NCBI GenBank assembly: GCA_040766725.1
Contig: JAXGPZ010000001.1
Location: 2,414,328 to 2,478,327 of the forward strand
DNA: 64,000 nucleotides
Source of the DNA: Anaerolineae bacterium
GTDB lineage: Bacteria > Chloroflexota > Anaerolineae > UBA1429
Reading direction: 5' to 3'
Below are positions 36,116 through 44,735 of the stretch, piece by piece (positions within the stretch are counted from its first letter, which is position 1; each line of letters starts with the position of its first letter). A program made the position numbers and the translations under genes. The notes under the pieces are model-generated. The model had not been told where the DNA came from. It did not search any database and saw nothing but the letters and a program-made list of their open reading frames with translations.

Positions 36116-38017
36116 ATGGCGCGTTCGTATCACAACCGCATTGTGCGCGTGAACCTCTCCACTGGGGCGATCACGGTCGAGGAGCCCGGCATCGCCTACC
36201 TGCGACGCTACATGGGCGGCTGGAACCTGATCGCTGACGTGTTGCTGAGAGAGGTGCCCAGGGGCGCCGACCCTCTGGGGCCAGCCAACAGGCTCGTCTT
36301 TGCGCCTGGCGTCATCACGGGGCTGCCCATCTCGGGGGCCTCGCGGAGCGCCGTGGGCGCCAAGTCTCCGCTGACGGGTGGGTTTGGCGCCGCCGAGGTG
36401 GGCGGTGGCTTTGGCGCCTGGCTCAAGCGCGCCGGCTTTGATGCCCTGATCGTCGAGGGCGCGTCGCCCACGCCGGTCTATTTGTGGATCCACGACGGCC
36501 AGGTCGAGATTCGCGATGCCACCCACCTGTGGGGCCTGACCACCAAAGAGACTGAGGCTCTGGTGCGCGCCGAGGTGGGCCAGCCTCGTGCCGAGCTGAC
36601 GATGATCGGCCTGGGCGGCGAGAACCTCGTCAAGTACGCCTGTGTGATGAACGGCCTGAAAGACGCCGCCGGTCGCACAGGCATGGGCGCCGTGATGGGC
36701 TCCAAGCGGCTCAAGGCCGTAGCCGCCTGGGGCAGCGAGGGCCTTCAGGCCAGCGACCAGGAGACCATCGGCGCCATGGCGAGGCGCGCCGCACAAGAGG
36801 TGCGCGGCGGCACCCGCGCGTCGTGGCTGGCCAAAGCGGGCACCGGAGGCGAGAGGCTCGAGGATGGGATTCTGCAGGGCAACATGCCCATCCGCAACTT
36901 TCGCGATGGCGAGTTCCCGCAGATCGGCGACCTCGAGTACATCATGCAAAAGATCGGCGTCAAGATGGAGGGGTGTTGGGGCTGCGCCGTGCGCTGCAAA
37001 AAAGTGGTCAAGGCCGAAGCCGAGGCCTACAGCGTCGATCCGGACTATGGCGGACCAGAGTACGAGTCGATCGGCTCGCTGGGCACCACCTGCGGCGTAA
37101 GCGATATCGTAGCCATGTCGCAGGCCACCGCCCTATGCAACGCCTACTCGCTGGACACCATCGGCGCGGGCGTGACCATTGCCTTTGCCATGGAGTGCTT
37201 TGAGAAGGGGCTGCTCACCCTCGACGATACCGACGGCATCGACCTGCGCTTTGGGAACGGCGATGCCATGATCGCCATGGTGGAAAAGATCGCTCGGCGT
37301 GAAGGGCTGGGCGATCTGCTCGCTGAGGACCTCGCCACGATCGCCAGGCGCATCGGGCATGGCGCCGAGATGTTCGCCGTGCACGCCAAGGGGCAGGCGT
37401 ATCCGATGCACGAGCCACGGTTCAAGCGGGGCATGGCCATCGGCTATGCCGTATCGCCCACGGGGGCCGACCATTGTCACTCGCTGCACGATTCGGGCCT
37501 GGCCAACGCCACCGACGAGGGACTGAACCCCAACAAGGCGCTGCGCGGCATGGGCGTACTCGAGCCGCTGCCGCTGGCCGAGCTTGGCCCTCAGAAGGTG
37601 CGCGCCACGATGTACCACCAGATCGGTCAGGTCATGCTGAACTGCGCCTGTATGTGCATGTTCACCGGCTGGAGCCTGACCGAGATGACCGCGATCGTGC
37701 AGGCCGCGACGGGCTGGGACGTAACCGACGTAGAGCTCTATCGCGTGGGCGAGCGCGCGCTCAATCTGGCGAGGGTGTTCAACCTGCGCGAGGGTTGGAC
37801 CGTGGAGGATGATCGGCTGGCAGAGCGCAGCTATGGCCCCACCGTGGGGGGAGCGCTGGCCGATGGCGGCATCGACCGCGAAGAGCTGCGCGAGGCCGTT
37901 CACACCTACTATGCGATGATGGGCTGGGACAAGCTCACCGGCGCCCCGACGGTCGACAAGCTCGAGGAGCTCGGCGTGGGCTGGGCGGCAGCGCAACTCG
38001 GGGCGCCGGCCAGATAG
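36116..38017 (+). CDS. Aldehyde:ferredoxin oxidoreductase family (tungstopterin/[4Fe-4S] enzyme)
   Basis: 633 aa. MARSYHNRIVRVNLSTG is the AOR N-terminus. The AOR_N and AOR_C architecture has conserved Cys residues. GGAGGG RBS 6 nt before the ATG. Confidence 0.8.
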   Translation: MARSYHNRIVRVNLSTGAITVEEPGIAYLRRYMGGWNLIADVLLREVPRGADPLGPANRLVFAPGVITGLPISGASRSAVGAKSPLTGGFGAAEVGGGFGAWLKRAGFDALIVEGASPTPVYLWIHDGQVEIRDATHLWGLTTKETEALVRAEVGQPRAELTMIGLGGENLVKYACVMNGLKDAAGRTGMGAVMGSKRLKAVAAWGSEGLQASDQETIGAMARRAAQEVRGGTRASWLAKAGTGGERLEDGILQGNMPIRNFRDGEFPQIGDLEYIMQKIGVKMEGCWGCAVRCKKVVKAEAEAYSVDPDYGGPEYESIGSLGTTCGVSDIVAMSQATALCNAYSLDTIGAGVTIAFAMECFEKGLLTLDDTDGIDLRFGNGDAMIAMVEKIARREGLGDLLAEDLATIARRIGHGAEMFAVHAKGQAYPMHEPRFKRGMAIGYAVSPTGADHCHSLHDSGLANATDEGLNPNKALRGMGVLEPLPLAELGPQKVRATMYHQIGQVMLNCACMCMFTGWSLTEMTAIVQAATGWDVTDVELYRVGERALNLARVFNLREGWTVEDDRLAERSYGPTVGGALADGGIDREELREAVHTYYAMMGWDKLTGAPTVDKLEELGVGWAAAQLGAPAR

Positions 38018-38073
38018 CGGCGCGGCCGAGGGCATCCCTCGCGATCGCTGGTACTGGCCAACGACGATGCAAG

Positions 38074-38118
38074 CTGCGCGTGCTGGCGACTCTCTGGTGA
38101 GGCTGCCAGCACGCGCAG
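38074..38118. terminator. Perfect 14-bp inverted repeat (CTGCGCGTGCTGGC / GCCAGCACGCGCAG, 17-nt loop) between convergent genes. It may be a bidirectional terminator or RNA-stabilising hairpin.
   Basis: Seen in the sequence. It lies 57 nt after the AOR stop and 150 nt after the minus-strand DUF4389 stop. There is no clear U-tract. Confidence 0.35.
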
Positions 38119-38269
38119 AGGCAGGGCGTGAAATCACCTGCAGCACGTACACGCCAGGGTTCAGGGCGCAGGCCCACTGCCCTGCCCGTGACAGGCACAG
38201 ATGCGAGCTCCAGCCAGTATGGTGGCCCCTGGCGGTCTGCTCGCCTGCCGCAGGGGCTCGGCCGCCATG

Positions 38270-38941
38270 CTAGGGCTGCAGGCTAAAGGGCGGGTACTTG
38301 TCGGTGACCAGGAGCGTCACATAGGCCTGCACGCGGAGCCCGTAGCGCATGACACCCACCACAAAGTCGAACAGCCCGCGCGGATAGCGACCTGTGAACA
38401 GGATTGCGAACCAGGCGATGATCACAAAGATCACCGCTACGATGGCCAGCACCGCCAGCACAACATAGTGGGGGATCGCCAGGAGCCACTTGACCAGCGG
38501 CATCCAGCGGTTGAGATCGTGCTGGACGTCGGGGTAGTCGATCTCGACGTGCACCGCTTGCTCGTCCTCGGTGGAGGGATACTGATCGGTGAGCAAGGCG
38601 GCATAGGCCCCCACTCGCGCGCTAAAGCGGGCCAGCTCGCGCGTGAACTCGAACCACCAGCGCGGGTAGCGCTGGCGGAAGAGGATCATCAGGCCGGTGG
38701 CCATCGCCAGCCCGCCGGCCAGTCCGCCAGCGGTGTCGCGTGTGCGCCTGAGCACTTCTCCCGCCTCGTTGACGAGCACCGTGTTGGTGACCGTCTGCCC
38801 AGCGCCTACCACCAGAGACAGGATGATGGCGATGGGTATGATCCACAGGATGCGGAAAAGCGTCGTCAGTCGGTCCAGTTCTTCTGGGTAGTCGATCTCC
38901 AGGCGTGCCGGATAGCTCGTGGGTATGGCTTTTGTCTCCAT
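38270..38941 (-). CDS. DUF4389-like membrane protein with an internal tandem duplication
   Basis: Two copies of IDYPE..L.R..LF..I..IPH/IA.L. with hydrophobic helices (IDYPEELDRLTTLFRILWIIPIAI and IDYPDVQHDLNRWMPLVKWLLAIPHYVVLAVLAI). AGAGGAAAG RBS. Confidence 0.65.
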   Translation of the reverse strand: METKAIPTSYPARLEIDYPEELDRLTTLFRILWIIPIAIILSLVVGAGQTVTNTVLVNEAGEVLRRTRDTAGGLAGGLAMATGLMILFRQRYPRWWFEFTRELARFSARVGAYAALLTDQYPSTEDEQAVHVEIDYPDVQHDLNRWMPLVKWLLAIPHYVVLAVLAIVAVIFVIIAWFAILFTGRYPRGLFDFVVGVMRYGLRVQAYVTLLVTDKYPPFSLQP

Positions 38942-39248
38942 CGCGCTTTCCTCTTTTCACTCATCGACAAGAGCCAGAGGACCCGGCGTCACCCGCCATG
39001 CCAGCGGCCAGCAGCCTGCAAGGCATGGCAGAGTGTCGCCCTTGCGAATATCATCTCCGATGGGCGTGCATATGTCAAGCCGAACGGGCGGCCGCAGGGG
39101 CGCTCTGGCGCGACGGGTGGGCGCCGTCTGGCCAAACCTCTTGGGCGGCAGGCCGTGGCGAGGCGGCCATGCTGTTGTGCTGACGAGGCGGTTAGGGGGC
39201 CTAGGCCCACTGCCTGGCGCGATGGCCATACGGCCTCTCGGCCCTGCC

Positions 39249-42200
39249 CTACCTGAGCACCCAGCCCTTTTCGGCCTGGATGTTGCAGTAGCCGTTGGCG
39301 TGTTGCACCTGCCCCTGCACCAGCAACACCAGGCTGGTGCGCCACACGACGCGCTGCCCCTGGAACACGTCGGGGCGGATGATGACGTTGATCAGCCCCC
39401 ACTCGTCCTCGAGGGTGACGAACACGAACCCCTTGGCCGTGGGCGGCGCCTGCCGGGTGATGACCATGCCGGCCACGCGCACGGTGGCGCCCTGGCGCGC
39501 CGCGGTCAGCATGGGGCTACTGAGCACGCCCTGGCGGTCGAGCGACGCGCGGTAGAGCTCGAGCAGGTGCCCGTCGGCGGCCACGCCGGTGGCGCCATAT
39601 TCCTGCAGCAGTCGCTCGGCCTCGTCCATCGCGGCCAGCTCGACGCCATCGGGTGGCAGCGGCAGGGGCAGCTCGTCGGCCTGGTAGCGCAGGCGGCCCA
39701 GCTCCCACACCAGGCGGCGTGGCTCGACGCCCCACGCCTCAAAGCCGCGCGCCATGATCAGTTGCTCGATCAGCCGCCGCGGCAGGCGCGTGCGTCGGCA
39801 AAAGTCGGCCAGGCTGGCAAAGGCACCCCGGGCACGAGCCGCCAGAACGCGCTCGGCCTGCGCCTCGCCCAGGCCATCGACATAGCGGAGCCCGAGGCGA
39901 ATGGCGTCGCCCTCGAGGGTGCAGTCATAGTCGCTGCGGTTGACATCGACCGGGCGCACCTTGACCTGGTGGCGCAGCGCGTCGCGCACCAGCACGCGGG
40001 GCGCGTAAAAGCCCATCGGCTGGTTGTTGAGCAGCGCGCAGTAATACTCGGCGGGATAGTAGGCCCGCAGGTAGAGGGTGTCGTAGGTGGTCTTGGCGAA
40101 CGAGGCCGCGTGGCTCTTGCAAAAGCCATAGGCAGCAAAGCCCGAGAGCTGAGCAAAGACCTGCTCGGCCACCTCGAGCGACACGCCCTGAGACAGCGCC
40201 CCCTGCACAAACTGCTGCTGCAGGGCGGCCATCCTTTCGTGGCTGCGCTGGTGCGACATGGCCCGTCGCAGCAGGTCGGCCTCGCCCGGAGTGAACCGCC
40301 CCATGGCCATGGCGATGCGGATCACCTGCTCTTGAAAGACGATCACGCCCAGCGTCTCTTGCAGGATCGGCTCGAGCAGCGGGTGTAGATAGGTGACCGG
40401 CTCCTGGCCCATGCGCCGCCTGAAAAAGGGGTGCACCATATTGCCCAGCAACGGCCCCGGGCGGATGATGGCCACCTCGATGACGATGTCGTTAAAGGTG
40501 CGCGGGCGCATTTTGACCAGCGCCTGTTGCTGCGCCCGCGACTCGACCTGAAAAAGGCCCACCGTGTCGGCGCGCTGCAAGATGGCATAGAGGCGGGGGT
40601 CGTCCAGCGGCAGGCGGTCGAGATCGATGCGTCGGCCGTGGCGCCGCTCGATGGTGGCCAGGCACTCGTCGAGCACGCCAAAGGTGCCCAGCGAGAGCAG
40701 GTCGAACTTGATCAGGCCGGCCTCTTCGAGGCTGTCTTTGTTCCACTGGACGACGACGCGCCCCGGCATGGTGGCGCGCTCGAGCGGCACCAGCTCGACC
40801 AGCGGCCGCCGCGTGATGACCATGCCGCCCACATGGATGCTCAGATGCCGCGGCAGGCCCTGGATCTGCTCATAGAGCGCAAGGAACTGGCCCCACGTCT
40901 CGCCAGAGACGTGGGCCATCAAGGGGTGGCCCACGTCGCCGTGGTGATAGCTGCCCAGCCCGCCCTGGGCCTTGGCCAGGTGGTCGATCAGGTCGGGCGG
41001 AAAGCCCAGCGCCTTGCCCACATCGCGGACGGCGCTGCGCTGGCGATAGGTGACATAGTTGCAGACCATGCCCACGTGGTCCTCGCCGTACTTGGCATAG
41101 ACGTACTGGAGCACCTCTTCGCGGCGGCTGGCGTTGAAATCGAGGTCGATATCGGGCATGACGCGCGACTCGGCCGACAAAAAGCGCTCGAACAGCAGGT
41201 CGTTGGCCAGGGGGTCGACGTTGGTGATGCCCAGCAGATAGGCCACGATCGAGTTGGCCGCCGAGCCGCGCCCGCGCACCTGAATGCCCTGCTCTCTGGC
41301 ATAGCTCACGATATCCCACACGGTGATGAAATAGCCGGCCAGCCGCGTCTGGGCGATGACCTGCAGCTCGTGGGCCAACTGGCGCTCGGCGGCGCCGCGC
41401 TCATGGGGGTAGAGCCGCGGCAGCGCCTCGCGGCAGAGGCGTTCGAGCTGCGCGGCGGGGGCCTCGCCGTCGTGGGGCGTGGGCGGCAGGGCGTCGCTGC
41501 GCAGGTTCAGGTCGACGCGGCAGCGGGCGGCGATGCGCTCGGTGTTGGCCAGCGCCTCGGGGTAGGCGCCCAGCAGCGCGGCCATCTCCTCGGGGCCCTT
41601 GAGGTAGTATTCCGAGTTGGGCAGCAGGTGCGGGCGCGCCTCGTCGAGGGTGAGGTTGCGGTCGATGGCCAGCAGCAGGTCATAGAGGCGGTGCTGCCAG
41701 CGCTCGGCATAGTGCACGCCGTTGGTGGCCACCACGGGCAGGCCCAGCGCGGCGGCCAGCTCGGCCAGGTCGGGCAGCAAGAGATGGTCGTGGCGGTGCA
41801 GGTGGTGTTGCAGTTCGACATAGAGGTTGCCCGGCGGCGCCAGGCGCTGCAGCGTGCGCAGCCAGGCGGCGGCCTCGTGGCTCTGCCCGGCCAGCAGCAG
41901 CCGGTTGACGCGCCCGCGATAGCCGCCTGTCAGCACGATCAGCCCGCCGGTGTGGGGCGTCAGTTGCTCCAGGGTCAGGCGGGCGTTGCCCTTGGCGCCG
42001 GCCAGTTGGGCCGCGCTGATCAGCCGGCAGAGGTTGGCATAGCCCTCGCGGTTCTCGACCAGCAGCACCAGCCGGCCGCCCTCGCCCTGGTCGTCGTCGG
42101 CCAGGTGCACCTCGGCGCCGATGACGGCGTGCAGGCCGCGCTCTTGGGCCGCGCTCCAGAACTCGACGGCGCCATAGAGGGCGTTGTTGTCGGTGATGGC

Positions 42201-42311
42201 CAGCGCCGACATGCCCAGCGCCTGCGCCCGGTCGAGCAACGCCTCGGGGCGCGAGGCGCCATCGAGCAGCGAGTAGCAGGTGTGGCAGTGCAGCTCGACA
42301 TAGCCGCTCAT
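39249..42311 (-). CDS. dnaE2: Error-prone DNA polymerase III alpha-type subunit DnaE2 (ImuC)
   Basis: 1020 aa. PHP domain MSGYVELHCHTCYSLLDGASRP. Pol III alpha core (GYFITVWDIV, PDIDLDF). Cassette context with imuA and imuB. The ATG overlaps the upstream ORF stop (ATGA). Confidence 0.85.
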   Translation of the reverse strand: MSGYVELHCHTCYSLLDGASRPEALLDRAQALGMSALAITDNNALYGAVEFWSAAQERGLHAVIGAEVHLADDDQGEGGRLVLLVENREGYANLCRLISAAQLAGAKGNARLTLEQLTPHTGGLIVLTGGYRGRVNRLLLAGQSHEAAAWLRTLQRLAPPGNLYVELQHHLHRHDHLLLPDLAELAAALGLPVVATNGVHYAERWQHRLYDLLLAIDRNLTLDEARPHLLPNSEYYLKGPEEMAALLGAYPEALANTERIAARCRVDLNLRSDALPPTPHDGEAPAAQLERLCREALPRLYPHERGAAERQLAHELQVIAQTRLAGYFITVWDIVSYAREQGIQVRGRGSAANSIVAYLLGITNVDPLANDLLFERFLSAESRVMPDIDLDFNASRREEVLQYVYAKYGEDHVGMVCNYVTYRQRSAVRDVGKALGFPPDLIDHLAKAQGGLGSYHHGDVGHPLMAHVSGETWGQFLALYEQIQGLPRHLSIHVGGMVITRRPLVELVPLERATMPGRVVVQWNKDSLEEAGLIKFDLLSLGTFGVLDECLATIERRHGRRIDLDRLPLDDPRLYAILQRADTVGLFQVESRAQQQALVKMRPRTFNDIVIEVAIIRPGPLLGNMVHPFFRRRMGQEPVTYLHPLLEPILQETLGVIVFQEQVIRIAMAMGRFTPGEADLLRRAMSHQRSHERMAALQQQFVQGALSQGVSLEVAEQVFAQLSGFAAYGFCKSHAASFAKTTYDTLYLRAYYPAEYYCALLNNQPMGFYAPRVLVRDALRHQVKVRPVDVNRSDYDCTLEGDAIRLGLRYVDGLGEAQAERVLAARARGAFASLADFCRRTRLPRRLIEQLIMARGFEAWGVEPRRLVWELGRLRYQADELPLPLPPDGVELAAMDEAERLLQEYGATGVAADGHLLELYRASLDRQGVLSSPMLTAARQGATVRVAGMVITRQAPPTAKGFVFVTLEDEWGLINVIIRPDVFQGQRVVWRTSLVLLVQGQVQHANGYCNIQAEKGWVLR

Positions 42312-42562
42312 TCGTACACCCGCTCCAGCCGCCAGGCCAGGGTCAGCCGATCTTGATAGATGCTGCACAGCAGCCGCGTTTCGGTGACCACCTCGCAATA
42401 GTCGCGCCAGACCTCGTGCTCGGTCCACCAGGCAAGGTGCACCCGCCACTGCACGCTGACCCAGCGCACGCGGTGTTCTTGTCGCTGCCAGCGAAAGCTC
42501 TGCACGGCGCCGTCGGCATCCAGCTCCACCTCGATGGGCTGCCCCTCGGGCCAAAAGGGCAT
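42308..42562 (-). CDS. 84-aa Trp-rich hypothetical protein translationally coupled between imuB and dnaE2
   Basis: ATG at 42562 is preceded by a GGAGG RBS. It lies 2 nt after the imuB stop, and its stop overlaps the dnaE2 start. It has GC3-rich coding codon usage. The protein composition is not junk (MPFWPEGQPIEVELDADGAVQSFRWQRQEHRVRWVSVQWRVHLAWWTEHEVWRDYCEVV...). Confidence 0.5.
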   Translation of the reverse strand: MPFWPEGQPIEVELDADGAVQSFRWQRQEHRVRWVSVQWRVHLAWWTEHEVWRDYCEVVTETRLLCSIYQDRLTLAWRLERVYE

Positions 42563-42564
42563 GA

Positions 42565-43743
42565 TCAGCGCCTCCGCAGGCGGTAGCGCTCGGCCACCAG
42601 CTCGTCATCGGGCAGGTGAGGCTGCGCCTGCAACACGCTGTCGCCGGGGTGCTTGTGGGCGAGCCTGTCGAGGGCCTCGGCCAGGCGGTAGCGGTCTTCC
42701 ATCTGGGCAAAGAGCTGCAGTTGGCGGCCGTCGGTGGCCTCGAGGGCGGTGAGTTGCAGCTCGATGGCCAGCACGCCCTCGTCGTCGCGGTGAGCGCGCT
42801 GCAGCTCGCGCAACAGGCCGGCCAGCAGCCCTTGCAGCCGTTGCGGGCCCAGGCCCTCGCTGGCCCAGGCCGATTTGCTCCAGCTCTCGCCGCCGGCCAG
42901 CTCAAAGCGCACCTGCAGGCGGCGGGCCACCAGATGCGCCTCGTTCAGTTCGGCAAAGAGGCGCTGCCCCAGCCGCTGCAGCAGGGCCAGCAGCGCCTCG
43001 CCACGGGCCTCGGGCAGCTCAAAGGCGTGCCGCGCGGTGAGCAGTTGACGGCGGCGGCCCTGCAGCGGGCGGTCGTCGCGGCCCGCCGCACGACGGTGCG
43101 CCGTGAGGCATTCGGGGCCAAACTGCTCGGCCACGGCGGCGGCGGGCAGCCGCGCCAGGTCGCCCAGGGTGGCAATGCCGAGCATCCGCAGGCGCCGTTG
43201 CGCCTCGAGGGGCAGCTCCAGGCAATCGACCGCCAGGGGCGCCAGAAAGGCGGCGTCGTCCTCGGCCAGAGTATAGCCGCGCCAGGGTGCGCTGCGTTGG
43301 GCTGCCATCCAGGCGGTGAACTTGGCGCTGGCCACGCCCACCAGCGCCGACAGGCCGGGGTGCTCTTGTAGCGCGCCGCGCAGCGCCCGGCACCAGGCGC
43401 CCTCGTCGCCATACAGCGCGCCCATGCCCTGCGCCTCGATATAGGCCAGGCCCAGGCTGTCATCTTCGACGGCGGGGCTGTGCAGGGCCAGGGCGGTGAG
43501 GGCCTCGTCCCACGCCTGGCGATAGCGCGGCAGGTCGGCCTCGACCAGCAGCGCCTCGGGGGCGCGCGCCAGCGCCTGCGCCAGGGGATCGCCGGGCTGC
43601 ACGCCCTGCGCCGCGACCTGCTCTGAGGCGTCGAGCACGATGCCCTCTTGCCGCACGATCAACGGCTGGCGTGGACGTCGCAGCCGTTGCTGTTCGAGCT
43701 GCGCCGGCAGATGGGGCGCCCACACACAGGCCAAACGCGACAT
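42565..43743 (-). CDS. imuB: ImuB, the Y-family (DinB-like) polymerase homolog of the SOS mutasome
   Basis: MSRLACVWAPHLPAQL...LIVRQEGIVLDASEQAAAQGVQPGD is a Y-family palm/finger-like N-terminus without obvious catalytic acidic triad spacing. At 392 aa it is shorter than typical ImuB (~470-530 aa). Confidence 0.75.
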   Translation of the reverse strand: MSRLACVWAPHLPAQLEQQRLRRPRQPLIVRQEGIVLDASEQVAAQGVQPGDPLAQALARAPEALLVEADLPRYRQAWDEALTALALHSPAVEDDSLGLAYIEAQGMGALYGDEGAWCRALRGALQEHPGLSALVGVASAKFTAWMAAQRSAPWRGYTLAEDDAAFLAPLAVDCLELPLEAQRRLRMLGIATLGDLARLPAAAVAEQFGPECLTAHRRAAGRDDRPLQGRRRQLLTARHAFELPEARGEALLALLQRLGQRLFAELNEAHLVARRLQVRFELAGGESWSKSAWASEGLGPQRLQGLLAGLLRELQRAHRDDEGVLAIELQLTALEATDGRQLQLFAQMEDRYRLAEALDRLAHKHPGDSVLQAQPHLPDDELVAERYRLRRR

Positions 43744-43752
43744 ACGCTCACC

Positions 43753-44490
43753 TCAGGTCAAAGGGATTTCCAGCTCGACGGCCGGCCCGATCGGCGCGAG
43801 CTTGTTCTTGAGCACCCGCACCTCGGCCAGCAGGCCCGTCACCTGGCGGCGGCGCTGTCGCCAGCGACGCCCCTCGCAGGCCAGCCGCAGGCTGGCGAAA
43901 TAGGGCAGCCCCAGCCCCTCGGGATACCAGTCCAGGCAGATCGTCTCGGTGAGCACCAGCAGCGTCGACATGGTGCTGTGCACCAGCGGCGTCCAGGCGC
44001 GCAGGGCCTGGTCGAGCAGGGCCAACGAGGCGTCCTCAAAGAGCAGCGGCTGCAGCCGGTCAAAGACGATCAGCGCCGCACCGCCCTCGGCCAGCAGGTC
44101 GCCGGTCATCTCGAGGGCGTGGCGAAAGCCGTGCGGCCGCAGGATATAGAGCCGGCGCAGGTCGATGTCGCGGCGCGCCAGCAGGTCCAGGTCGAGGCTC
44201 TGGTCGACATCGACATAGACAACGGCCTCGCCGCCGCGCTGCGTCTGCCGGATGAGGCTGGCCAGCAGCAACGCCTGCCCGCTGCTGCCCGCCGTCACCA
44301 GCTCGGTGACGCGCCCGCGCGGCAGCCCGCCGATGCCCAACGCCTGGTCGAGGGGGGCCAGGCCGGTGGATAGCACCGGCGGACGGGTGGCGGTCAGTTG
44401 CCGCATCGGGCGAATGGCGCGCTGGCCCCATTTGCGCTGCAGCAGCGTGACGGTCTGTTCGAGCTCATGTAAGCGTGCCTGCTTGGCCAC
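43753..44490 (-). CDS. imuA: ImuA (RecA/SulA-fold mutasome protein)
   Basis: It has a degenerate RecA-like P-loop region (VTELVTAGSSGQALLLASLI) and is the first gene of the cassette. The proposed start is GTG 44490 with a GGAGGG RBS. The upstream in-frame ATG at 44508 and TTG at 44535 lie inside the -10 and LexA box of the promoter and are unlikely to be translated. Confidence 0.6.
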   Translation of the reverse strand: MAKQARLHELEQTVTLLQRKWGQRAIRPMRQLTATRPPVLSTGLAPLDQALGIGGLPRGRVTELVTAGSSGQALLLASLIRQTQRGGEAVVYVDVDQSLDLDLLARRDIDLRRLYILRPHGFRHALEMTGDLLAEGGAALIVFDRLQPLLFEDASLALLDQALRAWTPLVHSTMSTLLVLTETICLDWYPEGLGLPYFASLRLACEGRRWRQRRRQVTGLLAEVRVLKNKLAPIGPAVELEIPLT

Positions 44491-44506
44491 GGCGCCCTCC
44501 AAAGCC

Positions 44507-44535
44507 ATGATACCGAACAAACGTTCGAGTGTCAA
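44507..44535 (-). promoter_or_regulatory. SOS promoter: -35 TTGACA, 17-nt spacer containing the LexA (Cheo-type) box CGAACAAACGTTCG at 44514..44527, -10 TATCAT
   Basis: Read directly on the minus strand: TTGACA CTCGAACGTTTGTTCGG TATCAT. GAAC-N4-GTTC is a perfect dyad matching the Gram-positive/Chloroflexi LexA consensus CGAACRNRYGTTCG. Confidence 0.65.
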
Positions 44536-44735
44536 TGGCGGGACGTATCGGCAGGCGCGGTGTGCTTGTGGCCCTGTCGCGCATCGCGGGGGATGGGGCG
44601 GGGCGTAGCGGCGCGTGGGGGCTACGGATGAACCGGCGCACCTGCAGCACTGGCATGACAGCTGCGCCGTGGCGTTCTATACTTGGTCCTCAAGCGGCTA
44701 TCGGCGCTCGCGATTGGCCTAACAGAGACTTGACG

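Noticed and set aside
35690-36949. 419-aa minus-strand ORF
   Set aside because: It is antisense to the well-supported AOR gene and upstream promoter region, with junk composition (His/Gly/Ala/Arg-rich) and no RBS.
38942-39248. TTGCGA...CATATG promoter-like and CGAAC-like sequence between DUF4389 and dnaE2 as a second LexA box/promoter
   Set aside because: The GAAC/GTTC half-sites are not in a GAAC-N4-GTTC dyad. No downstream gene sits in the right orientation on the plus strand. Probably chance.
44506-44535. ATG 44508 (and TTG 44535) as the imuA start codon
   Set aside because: Both lie within the -10 hexamer/LexA box/-35 of the promoter read on the same strand. A transcript from this promoter cannot include them. 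GTG 44490 with a GGAGGG RBS is preferred.
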